Assembly (NCBI GenBank): GCA_001784735.1
Contig: MFSB01000006.1
Span: 1-37,918 of the forward strand
DNA from: Candidatus Moranbacteria bacterium RIFCSPLOWO2_12_FULL_48_12
GTDB lineage: Bacteria; Patescibacteriota; Minisyncoccia; Moranbacterales; UBA1568
Direction of reading: 5' to 3'
Length of the DNA: 37,918 bases
Shown: one piece after another, positions 1-12,800 of the stretch
Layout: every line of letters begins with the position of its first letter
How positions within the stretch are numbered: position 1 is the stretch's first letter
Made by a program: the position numbers and the translations under genes
The notes under the pieces: model-generated
What the model was told of the DNA's origin: nothing
Seen by the model: the letters and a program-made list of their open reading frames with translations, nothing else
Databases searched by the model: none

Positions 1-2333
1 TCGCTCTGGAGAGTTGCCGCATCATCGCCGTATTTCTTCTTCTCTTCCTCTGTCCCTTCCGCGTTCTCCGCTTTGCTCAGAAGGACTTTTTTCTTGCCGT
101 CCACCATGCCCACAACGCCGTTTTCCTCAAACAAATGCATGAGCCTGGCCGCCCGCGGATACCCGATACTGAACGCGGTCTGGAGAGAGGTCGTAGAAGC
201 CTTCCCGGTGGCCAAGATAAGCTCTTTGGCCGCTTCATAGAGGTCATCTTCTTTGGCTCCTCCATCCAGAAGATCGAGCTCTTCGATGAGACTGCCCTGA
301 CCCACGTCTCCAAAATCATCCCCGATTTCCTCTTCACCTAAATCCTCCTTCTGCTTGCGGAGAAACGCCGTCACGCGCTTCACCTCGTCCTCGGAAACAA
401 ACGCCCCCTGGACGCGCCTCAGTTCCGTGCCTTCGGATGGCGAGTAGAGCATATCTCCATTGCCGAGCAACTTTTCCGCTCCGCCGGCGGCCAGGATCGT
501 CCGCGAATCGATCTGTGATTTCAATTGGAAAGCGATGCGGGTCGGGATATTGGATTTGATGAGTCCGGTAATGACCGTCACCTCGGGACGCTGGGTGGCG
601 AGCAGAAGATGGATGCCGATAGCGCGCGACTTGGCCGCCAAGCGGTTGATGAGCACTTCGACTTCCTTGCCGTGCATCGACATCAGATCCGCCATTTCAT
701 CGATGACGATGACAAGATACGGAAGGCTCTCGAACGGTTCTTTGGTGACTTTCCCGCTTTCCGCATTCACGACCGTCTTCTGCTCGCCGAGAAGCGCTCG
801 CTCACGATAAGCTACGATGTCCCGGGCGTGGGCCTCTTCCAAAACCTTATACCGGTGTTCCATTTCTCCGACCGCCCAGCGCAGCGTGTTGACGACCTTC
901 TTCATTTCCACAATCACATCCGTTTTCAGATGCGGGATTCCCTTGAAGATCGTCAGCTCCACACGCTTGGGATCAACCAGAATGAATTTTAGATCTTCAG
1001 GAGAATTCTGATACAAGAGAGAAACGATGAGCGTACTGATACACACGCTTTTGCCGGATCCGGTCCGCCCGGCGATAAGAACGTGCGGCATCTTGCGCAA
1101 ATCAGCCAACACGTTTTTCCCGGAAACATCCTGCCCCAGTATGAGAGTCAAGTCGGATTTGCGATCCCGGAATTCCCGGCTCTCAAGAATGGCTTTGAGA
1201 CGGACGGTGGCTACGGATTTATTGGGCACTTCGATACCGATGAGGGATTGCCCCGGAATCGGCGCTTCGATCCGGATAGACTGAGCGGCCAGCGCCAGCG
1301 CCAGATCATTGGAGAGCGTCGTGATGCGCGAAAGCTTCACTCCGAAAGCCGGCCGGAACGTATACTGCGTCACGGTCGGTCCCACCCGCACTTCTCCCGG
1401 CTCAACCGCAATGCCGAAATATTTGAGCGTGCTCTGGATGATATGTTTGTTGCGCTCGGTATCCCCGCCCACCGCCTGACCCGTGGTAGATTCCATGAGA
1501 TCCACCGGCGGCAATTCCCAGCGCACCGAACGCCGCCTGGCTTTGCGCGGACGGATAAAGGCCGGCACCAAAACCGTATCATCCTCTCCTCCGGCTTCCT
1601 CCAGACTTTCCGGAGCTTCTCCGTCTTCTTGAAAAGCGATATTGCGGATATTATTGGCTTCCAAACTTGTGTTCTCCGCCAAAGATCCAGCTACTTCGGG
1701 AGGAACAACTTCGCTCTTGGCTTCTGGAGTCGAATCATTCATCGCCACTTCTCCTTCCGCCACTTCCTCTTGTGGTTTCCCTCGCCATTTCTCCTGCAAA
1801 CGTTCAAAAGAACGGATGAGCGAAACATTGAACGCGGCAATCACCCCCACGGTAAAGAGCGCGATAAGAATAATCGTGCCGGCCGCTTTACCGGTAAAAT
1901 TGCCCAGCACATACGCGAAACCGAAGCCGATGAAGCCGCCACCCTGTCCGGAGCGCGCCATCTTCAGTAATTCCTTCGTGCCCTCACCGCTATACAAATG
2001 AAATAATCCCAAGACCGCGAAAAAACCGAGAATCAGTCCGATGAACCGCACCGCATCCACCAGAGTGGTCGTCCGACGCTTGAGAAACAAGAGCCCCGCG
2101 ATGATAAAAAGAAACGGTAAAAGCCATTTCCCCCAGCCGAAGGTCAGCCCGAGCCCTGTGTTCAGCCACTCCCCCAGTACCCCCGCCGTATCAAAATACG
2201 CCAACAGGAAAAGCAGCGACAAAGCGAACAAAAAAACCGCCACAATGCTCCGCTTGGCATCGCTGTGCAGGATATCTTCAAAGGTAAACCCGTCGTCTTC
2301 CGGCTCTACCGGTTTCTTTTTCTTTCGTCCCAT
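1..2333 (-). CDS. ftsK: DNA translocase FtsK/SpoIIIE (3' end runs off the window)
   Basis: Absent from the ORF track because no stop lies in the window. Manual translation from ATG 2333 gives MGRKKKKPVEPEDDGF, N-terminal TM helices, Walker A HVLIAGRTGSGKS, ILVDPKRVEL, IVIDEMADLM, LATQRP, GAEKLLGNGDMLY and gamma-domain IGYPRAARLM. Confidence 0.96.
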   Translation of the reverse strand, partial: MGRKKKKPVEPEDDGFTFEDILHSDAKRSIVAVFLFALSLLFLLAYFDTAGVLGEWLNTGLGLTFGWGKWLLPFLFIIAGLLFLKRRTTTLVDAVRFIGLILGFFAVLGLFHLYSGEGTKELLKMARSGQGGGFIGFGFAYVLGNFTGKAAGTIILIALFTVGVIAAFNVSLIRSFERLQEKWRGKPQEEVAEGEVAMNDSTPEAKSEVVPPEVAGSLAENTSLEANNIRNIAFQEDGEAPESLEEAGGEDDTVLVPAFIRPRKARRRSVRWELPPVDLMESTTGQAVGGDTERNKHIIQSTLKYFGIAVEPGEVRVGPTVTQYTFRPAFGVKLSRITTLSNDLALALAAQSIRIEAPIPGQSLIGIEVPNKSVATVRLKAILESREFRDRKSDLTLILGQDVSGKNVLADLRKMPHVLIAGRTGSGKSVCISTLIVSLLYQNSPEDLKFILVDPKRVELTIFKGIPHLKTDVIVEMKKVVNTLRWAVGEMEHRYKVLEEAHARDIVAYRERALLGEQKTVVNAESGKVTKEPFESLPYLVIVIDEMADLMSMHGKEVEVLINRLAAKSRAIGIHLLLATQRPEVTVITGLIKSNIPTRIAFQLKSQIDSRTILAAGGAEKLLGNGDMLYSPSEGTELRRVQGAFVSEDEVKRVTAFLRKQKEDLGEEEIGDDFGDVGQGSLIEELDLLDGGAKEDDLYEAAKELILATGKASTTSLQTAFSIGYPRAARLMHLFEENGVVGMVDGKKKVLLSKAENAEGTEEEKKKYGDDAATLQS

Positions 2334-2441
2334 AGTGCAGTATGAATTTTTGTTCCAATAGCCAAAGTATAGCATAAAAAGAAGCCTTTCTTCAAAACAG
2401 AAAGACTCCCTTGACAACATTTTTTTAGGTTGTGCTCGGTA

Positions 2442-2840
2442 TCAATGAATTGTCGCCAATCGACGCTTATCCTTCTTCTCTGATGCCGATCGATTCTTTT
2501 TACCTCCAATTTCTCCATTTTCAAACTGCCGCAGCAACTCATTGACCCGTTCGAAATCGGCTTGCTCTTTTTTTAAAATTTCTACAGCACCTTCATTTTG
2601 CACGCTTACTTCAATGGTGCTCTGCATGCCTGCAGCCAACGAATGATGCGCTGCGGATTCAAGCGCTACGGATCCAGGTATCTCTAGCCCCATACCATGC
2701 AGACTGTGTGATTTAACCAACATGTTTAATCCCACATCGACGAGTTCCGGCGGTTTGTTACTGGGATGCTTGTGGCGCAGCGGTTTAGCGCCCTTGACTG
2801 CTTCGCTTTGATTTATAAGTTGTTCGTCGAATCTTTTCAT
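2442..2840 (-). CDS. hypothetical protein (132 aa)
   Basis: ATG ORF starting 2 nt after the stop of the upstream ORF; no recognisable motif. Confidence 0.6.
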   Translation of the reverse strand: MKRFDEQLINQSEAVKGAKPLRHKHPSNKPPELVDVGLNMLVKSHSLHGMGLEIPGSVALESAAHHSLAAGMQSTIEVSVQNEGAVEILKKEQADFERVNELLRQFENGEIGGKKNRSASEKKDKRRLATIH

Positions 2841-2842
2841 AT

Positions 2843-3232
2843 CTATCCCTGCGGACTCTGAATTTTCTTCAAAAGATCATCGGCGTGCTGTTTTTCCGTG
2901 TCTTTGACAACACTTTTGGCTTCTTCTTCAAGAGCTGAAACTTCAGTTTTAAAATCGCTTTCTGCCTGATCCACCTCGGTTATCATCGTATCAAATGCGG
3001 CCTTGTATTCTGGATCATTTTCATCGAGCTTCACGCCAGCCTCATCATAGAGCTTATCAATGTCTGCCTGCTTGCCATCAATCTGCGCCTGAAAGGCATC
3101 GGCGACAATATCCATCGTCTCAGCTGAGACCTCCGCTTCCGGTTCGCCGGGAACCAAAGCGATGATCGCTCCCTTGCTTGCCTCGTCGATATCGTACGCT
3201 CTGATTTTTTGGAGTAGATCGTTCTTTGTCAT
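2843..3232 (-). CDS. hypothetical acidic, helical protein (129 aa)
   Basis: ATG ORF with AT-rich leader and D/E/K/A-rich helical composition. Confidence 0.8.
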   Translation of the reverse strand: MTKNDLLQKIRAYDIDEASKGAIIALVPGEPEAEVSAETMDIVADAFQAQIDGKQADIDKLYDEAGVKLDENDPEYKAAFDTMITEVDQAESDFKTEVSALEEEAKSVVKDTEKQHADDLLKKIQSPQG

Positions 3233-3267
3233 AATTGTGCATTTGTTATTATAAAGGTAACATAAAA

Positions 3268-3960
3268 TTACATCGCCATTAACCTTACAAAAAATCCGCT
3301 CGAAGCTTTGAGCTGCGCCAGCTCTCTCTCTTTCATTCTTATCAGCTCGGCCCGCTCCTCAGCCATCTTTTGCCTTTCTTCCATTTTATTTCTCACTTGC
3401 ATAATTTTTTCCAACGCCCGTGCCTTAAGAGCATTCTTCTTTTCACTGAAAGTATTCTTTGCGCTATCCACGCGCATCTTAGCATTCATATAGGCACTCA
3501 TCCCGCGCTCCTGCAAATTCTGAACTTTTTCTCGTCCAGATTGATAGATTTCACTTGCACCAGCCCTGACACTTTCTCCTACCTGGAAACCTTTCTCAAC
3601 GACACTTTCACCGAAAGCACGAGACATGTCAGCTGCTCTGGTCACATGAGTCTCAACACCCTGCTTGACCGCTGTCCCGGCATCACGAATCATTTCCGGT
3701 GCGGCAAACGCCGTATTTAATGTTTTCTCCGCTCCTCCCTTGAGCGCTCCACCCCATGCTTTCATCGTCTCCAACGCACCACTAATCCGGCTTTTGAAAA
3801 AGCTCTTCACTGAGTCAACGCGAGCGCCCCCGATATCTTCGTACGATTTTGGTTGTTCAATAGATGCGTCATTGGCTGCCTCTATCGGCGGCGTCATTTC
3901 TTCTCGCGCTGAATCTGGTAACTCACGCTTCACTCCAAGATTTTTACGTTCTCCCAACAT
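3268..3960 (-). CDS. hypothetical amphipathic/coiled-coil protein (230 aa)
   Basis: Long ATG ORF, A/K/E-rich, with a C-terminal coiled-coil-like segment. Confidence 0.8.
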   Translation of the reverse strand: MLGERKNLGVKRELPDSAREEMTPPIEAANDASIEQPKSYEDIGGARVDSVKSFFKSRISGALETMKAWGGALKGGAEKTLNTAFAAPEMIRDAGTAVKQGVETHVTRAADMSRAFGESVVEKGFQVGESVRAGASEIYQSGREKVQNLQERGMSAYMNAKMRVDSAKNTFSEKKNALKARALEKIMQVRNKMEERQKMAEERAELIRMKERELAQLKASSGFFVRLMAM

Positions 3961-4036
3961 ACTCGTTTATCGCTAATTATTATGAATTTATTACTTCTAT
4001 TCTACTCTCATTCCTCTTTTTTACAAAGAAAAAAAG

Positions 4037-4124
4037 AAAAACGGGCGCTATACACCCGTTTTTTCTCTGCACTAAACCCATTATAGCACAAAAAACGCTC
4101 CCCCGCAAGAGGGAAGAGCGTTTT
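4037..4124 (-). terminator. two tandem terminator-like hairpins downstream of rpoC
   Basis: AAAAACGGGCG-ctata-CACCCGTTTTTT (4037-4064) and AAAACGCTC...GAGCGTTTT (4092-4124), each flanked by A and T tracts. Confidence 0.6.
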
Positions 4125-4145
4125 GAGAAGTAAGGCACATGTCCA

Positions 4146-4303
4146 CCCCAGTCACATATTTTGATAGGACTGCTATTTATTTGAGATGTGAGCCAGCCTC
4201 GACGCCCGCTTCGCCGAATCGAGGCGAGTCTAGGCGGGCCGAGAGGCGGCTACGCCTTAAAACTCACACAAAAGTTACGTTTTCCTTGAATATGTGACGG
4301 GGG
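4146..4303. mobile_element. inverted-repeat-bounded MITE/PATE-like element with nested GC-rich hairpin repeat (about 4191-4250)
   Basis: CCCCAGTCACATATT (4146-4160) pairs with AATATGTGACGGGGG (4289-4303), followed by TAAA; the interior contains CCCGCTTCGCCGAATCGAGGCGAGTCTAGGCGGG. Confidence 0.65.
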
Positions 4304-4307
4304 TAAA

Positions 4308-7300
4308 TTACCGAGCTCGCGGCTGGCCCGGTTCGCGGTAGCCGGTACCGGCCGGGATGAGGCGTCCGATGATGACGTTTTCCTTGAGCCCCCGCAGACG
4401 GTCCTCTTTGCCCTGCACGGCGGCATTGATGAGCACGCGCGCGGTCTCCATAAAGGAGGCGGCGGAGAGGAAAGATTCGGTGGAGAGCGCCACTTTGGTA
4501 ATCCCCAAGACCATCGATTCGCCGACGGCTTCGCTCCCCTTCTTGCCGATGGCAACTTCATTGGCTTCGAGAAATTGGTCTTTCTCGACGATGTCTCCGG
4601 GAAGAAGCACGGTATCGCCCGGATCAGTCACGCGCACCCGGGAAAGCATCTGACGGATAATCACTTCGATATGCTTGTCGTTGATGCCCTCGCCCTGCGC
4701 GGCATAGATTTCTTCGATTTCGCGGATGATGTAGCGATGCACCGCTTCCTGGCCCATCACCGTGAAGAGTTTGCGAAGATCGATATGCCCCTCAGAGAGG
4801 ATGGCGCCGACGGAAACGAGATCCCCTTCCTTGACACGAAGTCCCACGTTGGCCGGAGCCTGATATTCATAGAGTTTCTTGCCCTGATCCTCAACCGTGA
4901 TCTTGATGACTTTGGCATTGTCTTTGATGATCGTCTTCACCTGGCCGTCCGCTTCGGAAAGAATGGCTTCCGTCTTCGGCACGCGGGCTTCAAAAATCTC
5001 TTCTACCCGCGGCAGACCCTGGGTGATGTCCGAACCGGCCACACCCCCGACATGAAAGGTCCGCATGGTGAGCTGAGTGCCCGGCTCGCCGATGGCCTGA
5101 GCGGCCACTACGCCGACGGACGCTCCGAGTTCGACCAAGGCGTTTCGGCCGAGATCGATGCCGTAGCACATCCGACAAACGCCGCGCCGGGATTTGCACG
5201 TCACCAGGCTGCGGATCTTCACCTTGACGATATTCTTCCTCTCGATCGCTTTGGCCTGAGCCTTGGAAATGAGGATGCCTTTTTTCACGATCACCTCCTT
5301 GGTGTCCGGATCCTTGAGCGTCTCGACGGTCGTGCGGCCTTCCACACGCAAAGCATAGCTATGGCCGATAGCGTCGGAATCCTCGCGGTAGAGATAGACG
5401 CCTTCCGTATCCTCGCAATCTTCTTCGCGGACGATGATGTCCTGCGCCACATCGACAAGGCGGCGCGTCAAATAACCGGCAGTCGCGGTCCGAAGAGCGG
5501 TATCTGCCATCCCTTTGCGGGCGCCGTGCGTCGAAATGAAATATTCGAGAACATTGAAGCCTTCTTTGAAGGAGCTCTTGACCGGCAGTTCGATGGTTTC
5601 CCCCGTCGGTCCGGACATGAGCCCCTTCATACCGGTCATCTGCACGACGACGGATTCGGAACCGCGGGCTTTGGAAAAGATCATCGAATATACAGGACCT
5701 TCCTTGTCGAGCGAGGCGCGCACCGCGTCGGTGATCTTATTCTTGGTTTCGTTCCAGATTTCGATGACGCGATTGCGGCGCTCCTCGTTGGTGAGAAGCC
5801 CCATATTATATTGGTCTTTCACCTCTCTCACCTGGATTTCTGCGGCCGCCATATGCGCCGGCTTTTCCTTCGGCACGATGAGATCATCCATGCCCCAGCT
5901 GATACCGGAGCGGGAAACAGCCCGGAAAGCCAGATCTTTCAGGCGATCGGCAAACTGAGCCGCTTCATCCTGACCGAGCGTCTCGAGGATGCGGGACATG
6001 AGACCCTTCAGATCCTTCTTCACCATTTCTTCGTTCACGAAACGGAGGCTCTCCGGAAGAATGTCATTCAAAAGCACGCGGCCGACAGAAGTTTCGATCA
6101 ATTGGCCATTGTAGGAAAGCTTCACGGCGACATTCACATCCACGATACCGTTTTGATGGGCCAGGATGGCTTCATCTAGAGAGCCGAATATTTTTCCCTG
6201 GCCAAGGCCTTCTGGTTTGATATGCGTGAGATAATATATCCCGAGCACCATATCCAAAGTCGCCGACACGATCGGTTCGCCGGATGCCGGTTTCAAAAGA
6301 TTTTTGGAAGAGAGCATGATGGTCGCGCTCTCATGGCGGGCCTGATCGGTGAGCGGCACATGCACCGCCATCTGGTCGCCGTCGAAGTCGGCATTGAACG
6401 CGGAACAGACCATCGGATGGAGGCGGATGGCCTTGCCTTCGATAAGTACCGGTTGGAATGCCTGAATAGAGAGACGATGGAGTGTCGGCGCGCGGTTCAG
6501 GAGCACGTAATGGTGTTCGATGATTTCGTCGAGGATTTCATACGCTTCTTCCGCTTCGGCGTCCACCATCCGACCGGCGGTACGGACGTTATGAGCCAGC
6601 TCTTTCTCGATCAATTTGTTGATGATGAATGGTTTGAAAAGTTCCAGCGCCATCTTCTTCGGCAGACCGCACTGATGGAGTTTCAATTTCGGACCGACGA
6701 CGATGACGCTCCGTCCGGAGTAGTCCACGCGCTTCCCCAACAGGTTCTGGCGAAAACGCCCTTGCTTGCCTTTGAGAGCGTCAGCCAGCGAACGGAGCGC
6801 GCGGCGCTGACCGGTCGAAGCGGCGGTCGAGGCTTGGCCTCGACGAGCGCTGTTATCGAAGAGTGCGTCCACCGCTTCCTGCAGCATTCTTTTTTCATTG
6901 CGGGTAATGACTTCCGGAGCGCCGATAGCCATCAATTTTTTCAAACGGTTGTTGCGATTGATGATGCGGCGGTACAGATCATTCAAGTCAGACGTGGCAA
7001 AACGGCCGCCATCCAGCGCCACCATCGGACGAAGGTCCGGCGGGATGACCGGGATAGAAGTCGGAAGCATCCACTGGAAAGACAATTTCGCCGTCTCGAA
7101 ACCCTGGTACACCTTCAGACGCTGCAGAAGCTTCTTCTGATCGGTCGCTTCGCTATCTGCCAGTTCGGCTTTCAAGACCTTCAATTGCTTTTTGACATCG
7201 ATCTTTTCGAGAATCTTGCGCACCGCTTCAGCTCCGATGCCGGCCGTGAAAATCTGTCCGAAACGGCTGGAGAGGTTGAAGTACTCCACTTCGGAAAGAA

Positions 7301-7901
7301 TCTGGTACGCGCGGAGATTGCGGATTTCATCTTTGGTGGAACGGTACTGTTCTTTGAGTTCCTCGAGAGACTTCTCAAAAGCTTTCGTATCTTTAGCTCC
7401 CGCTTTCAATTCTTTCTGTTTGCTCTTGTATTCTTTCTCCAGCTGTTCCAGCGATTGGGCTTTCAGATCATCATTCACCTCCATGATGATATAGGAGGAA
7501 AAATAAATGACGCGTTCCAGATCCTGCGGAGAAATCCCTAGGACGAGGCCGATCTTGGATGGCACGCCGCGCAAAAACCAGATGTGCGACACCGGCGTGG
7601 CCAGCTTGATATGGCCCATCCGCTCCCGCCGTACGATGGAGCGGGTTACCTCGACGCCGCACTTGTCGCAGACGATGCCGTTGTAGCGGATGCGCTTGTA
7701 TTTGCCGCAGTAGCATTCCCAGTCCTTGGAAGGGCCGAAAATTTTCTCGCAGAACAAGCCATCCGGTTCGTAGCGCTGGGTACGGTAGTTGATGGTTTCC
7801 GGCTTGGTGATCTCGCCGTGCGACCACTCGAGAATCTGGTCCGGGCTGGCGAGCGTCAGGCGCACAGAATCAAAATCGCTCACTTTCGTAATATTTTCCA
7901 T
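4308..7901 (-). CDS. rpoC: DNA-directed RNA polymerase subunit beta'
   Basis: KPETINYRT, Zn-finger cysteines, GRFRQNLLGKRVDYSGRSVI, catalytic NADFDGD, GEPGTQLTMRTFH, GLKENVIIGRLIPAGTG. Confidence 0.99.
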   Translation of the reverse strand: MENITKVSDFDSVRLTLASPDQILEWSHGEITKPETINYRTQRYEPDGLFCEKIFGPSKDWECYCGKYKRIRYNGIVCDKCGVEVTRSIVRRERMGHIKLATPVSHIWFLRGVPSKIGLVLGISPQDLERVIYFSSYIIMEVNDDLKAQSLEQLEKEYKSKQKELKAGAKDTKAFEKSLEELKEQYRSTKDEIRNLRAYQILSEVEYFNLSSRFGQIFTAGIGAEAVRKILEKIDVKKQLKVLKAELADSEATDQKKLLQRLKVYQGFETAKLSFQWMLPTSIPVIPPDLRPMVALDGGRFATSDLNDLYRRIINRNNRLKKLMAIGAPEVITRNEKRMLQEAVDALFDNSARRGQASTAASTGQRRALRSLADALKGKQGRFRQNLLGKRVDYSGRSVIVVGPKLKLHQCGLPKKMALELFKPFIINKLIEKELAHNVRTAGRMVDAEAEEAYEILDEIIEHHYVLLNRAPTLHRLSIQAFQPVLIEGKAIRLHPMVCSAFNADFDGDQMAVHVPLTDQARHESATIMLSSKNLLKPASGEPIVSATLDMVLGIYYLTHIKPEGLGQGKIFGSLDEAILAHQNGIVDVNVAVKLSYNGQLIETSVGRVLLNDILPESLRFVNEEMVKKDLKGLMSRILETLGQDEAAQFADRLKDLAFRAVSRSGISWGMDDLIVPKEKPAHMAAAEIQVREVKDQYNMGLLTNEERRNRVIEIWNETKNKITDAVRASLDKEGPVYSMIFSKARGSESVVVQMTGMKGLMSGPTGETIELPVKSSFKEGFNVLEYFISTHGARKGMADTALRTATAGYLTRRLVDVAQDIIVREEDCEDTEGVYLYREDSDAIGHSYALRVEGRTTVETLKDPDTKEVIVKKGILISKAQAKAIERKNIVKVKIRSLVTCKSRRGVCRMCYGIDLGRNALVELGASVGVVAAQAIGEPGTQLTMRTFHVGGVAGSDITQGLPRVEEIFEARVPKTEAILSEADGQVKTIIKDNAKVIKITVEDQGKKLYEYQAPANVGLRVKEGDLVSVGAILSEGHIDLRKLFTVMGQEAVHRYIIREIEEIYAAQGEGINDKHIEVIIRQMLSRVRVTDPGDTVLLPGDIVEKDQFLEANEVAIGKKGSEAVGESMVLGITKVALSTESFLSAASFMETARVLINAAVQGKEDRLRGLKENVIIGRLIPAGTGYREPGQPRAR

Positions 7902-7939
7902 AAGTTTTGATGAAGTAAAAAATTTAAGAAAGTGAGGCG

Positions 7940-11407
<3,468 letters not shown>

Positions 11408-11806
11408 AAAAAGACACTCACGTGGACACTCCTTGCTTCAGGAGATCCGCCATCCGGCGGATGAAACAAGTAGGACAAATGAGATTATGGGATAAAACTA
11501 TTTGATTGTGGACAGGGCCGTCGTCCGCACCATCGCGCTGAAATGTTAGAACTGATCTCAAAAATAGCTTTTAGACGCTTGTTGAGAAATTTCGAGTAGA
11601 AAATCATGAAAAAATAAGAAGGAGTATCGAGATACTTCGACGAGTTTTGAATGATTTTATGCCAAAATTTACGACAAGCAAGTCAAAGATTATTTTTGAG
11701 ATAAGTTCAAGCTTCCTTCACTTAAGCAGCCATTCCAGCCCGCGTCTCGCCCTCCAGACCTGGCACCCACAGGCGATTCGAGACAAAAAAGTCTATATAC
11801 TTTTCA

Positions 11807-11882
11807 TCCTTCGACAAAAACTCAGTCATCGACTCCGAGCTCAGACTCGAGGAGGATGACCCTGAGCCCTGTCGAAGGGTCA
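11807..11882. repeat. REP-like CCTTCGACA...CTCAG / CTGAG...TGTCGAAGG repeat pair
   Basis: TCCTTCGACAAAAACTCAG near 11807 and the inverted TGACCCTGAGCCCTGTCGAAGGGTCA at 11857-11882. Confidence 0.55.
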
Positions 11883-11924
11883 AATAATACTCTTGACAGT
11901 AACAGGGTTCTTTTTCTTTGTCAA

Positions 11925-12051
11925 CCCCGCACTAACTTTTGTCGATCTCTTTTTTTTCATCTCCCTCCATCAAACGGTTTAAGCTTTATTTAAGCTATTC
12001 TAATCAATTGAAGTTTCACAAACAAAGTACTGGATAAAAGTTAGTGCGGGG
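11925..12051. mobile_element. 127-bp inverted-repeat-bounded MITE/PATE-like element
   Basis: Perfect 16-bp arms CCCCGCACTAACTTTT / AAAAGTTAGTGCGGGG, with TCAA on both sides. Confidence 0.75.
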
Positions 12052-12294
12052 TCAAATAAAAACCAAAAACTGGCTCCCGGGGGCCTTTAGACTAAAAATA
12101 TGTCATTTGTTTTTTTTCTGCTCCACAAAAATTTCAGTGGGAGCGAGCTTTCTTTCTCGCCACCCCAAAAGTATACCCCATGAAATAAATCTTGTAAAGC
12201 GCTCCCTTTTCTTCCTGCTCCCCTGCCCAAGGGGGACTCCCTCTCTTCGAGGGTGAAGGGTGAATCAGAGTTGGGTCAAGGTAATTAGACCATA

Positions 12295-12328
12295 TAGTAC
12301 TTTTCTTGCAATTGCAAGAAAAGTACTA
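12295..12328. repeat. perfect 34-bp palindrome
   Basis: TAGTACTTTTCTTGCAA|TTGCAAGAAAAGTACTA with no spacer. Confidence 0.85.
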
Positions 12329-12364
12329 CGATGCAGATAAGATATGGAAGAAGTTTTTTTGTAT

Positions 12365-12643
12365 TTATCTTTTTGTTTTGACAGCAAATGCATATACTTT
12401 CTTGACCGTTTCCGCAATGCGCATCGATGTATACCCCTCCGGCATTTCCGAATCCACCACGAAATCGCTCACATCAATCGGCTTCAAATCATTCTCTTTC
12501 AATAGTTCCTCCATCCCCTCGAACAGCCTCCGCCCCATATCCCGTCCTTCGAGCCACTCGCGAAATGCTTTTTCTTTTCCATCTTCCAAAAGAGAGAGCT
12601 TGCTTTTTTCTTTTCCAATTTTCAGATGGAATGTGTATGTCAT
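12365..12643 (-). CDS. short TsaB/YeaZ-like protein (N-terminal half only, 92 aa)
   Basis: LFEGMEELLKENDLKPIDVSDFVV..PEGYTSMRIA resembles the TsaB pattern L...I..LL....L...DID.IAV..GPGSFTGLRIG. ATG 12643 is preferred because the longer start lies in a heptamer repeat. Confidence 0.65.
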   Translation of the reverse strand: MTYTFHLKIGKEKSKLSLLEDGKEKAFREWLEGRDMGRRLFEGMEELLKENDLKPIDVSDFVVDSEMPEGYTSMRIAETVKKVYAFAVKTKR

Positions 12644-12656
12644 AAAAGTACGCTCA

Positions 12657-12780
12657 TCAAAACACAAACTAAGCACAAATTCCAAAACACAGATCCCAAA
12701 ACATTTTCACGCAATTTGTGTTTTGACTATTAAACTCTGTATTTTGCTTTTGTGTTTTGGCTCCTTGTGTTTTTTACTTC
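12657..12780. repeat. inverted pair of degenerate heptamer-period arrays
   Basis: AAACACAAACTAAGCACAAATTCCAAAACACAGATCCCAAAAC faces TGTATTTTGCTTTTGTGTTTTGGCTCCTTGTGTTTTTT. Confidence 0.55.
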
Positions 12781-12800
12781 AGTTTCTTCCAAAAGTTTCT

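Noticed and set aside
460-2361. Long + strand ORFs (e.g. 1083-1970) over the first 2.3 kb
   Set aside because: They are antisense shadows of ftsK, which is missing from the ORF track only because it has no stop in the window.
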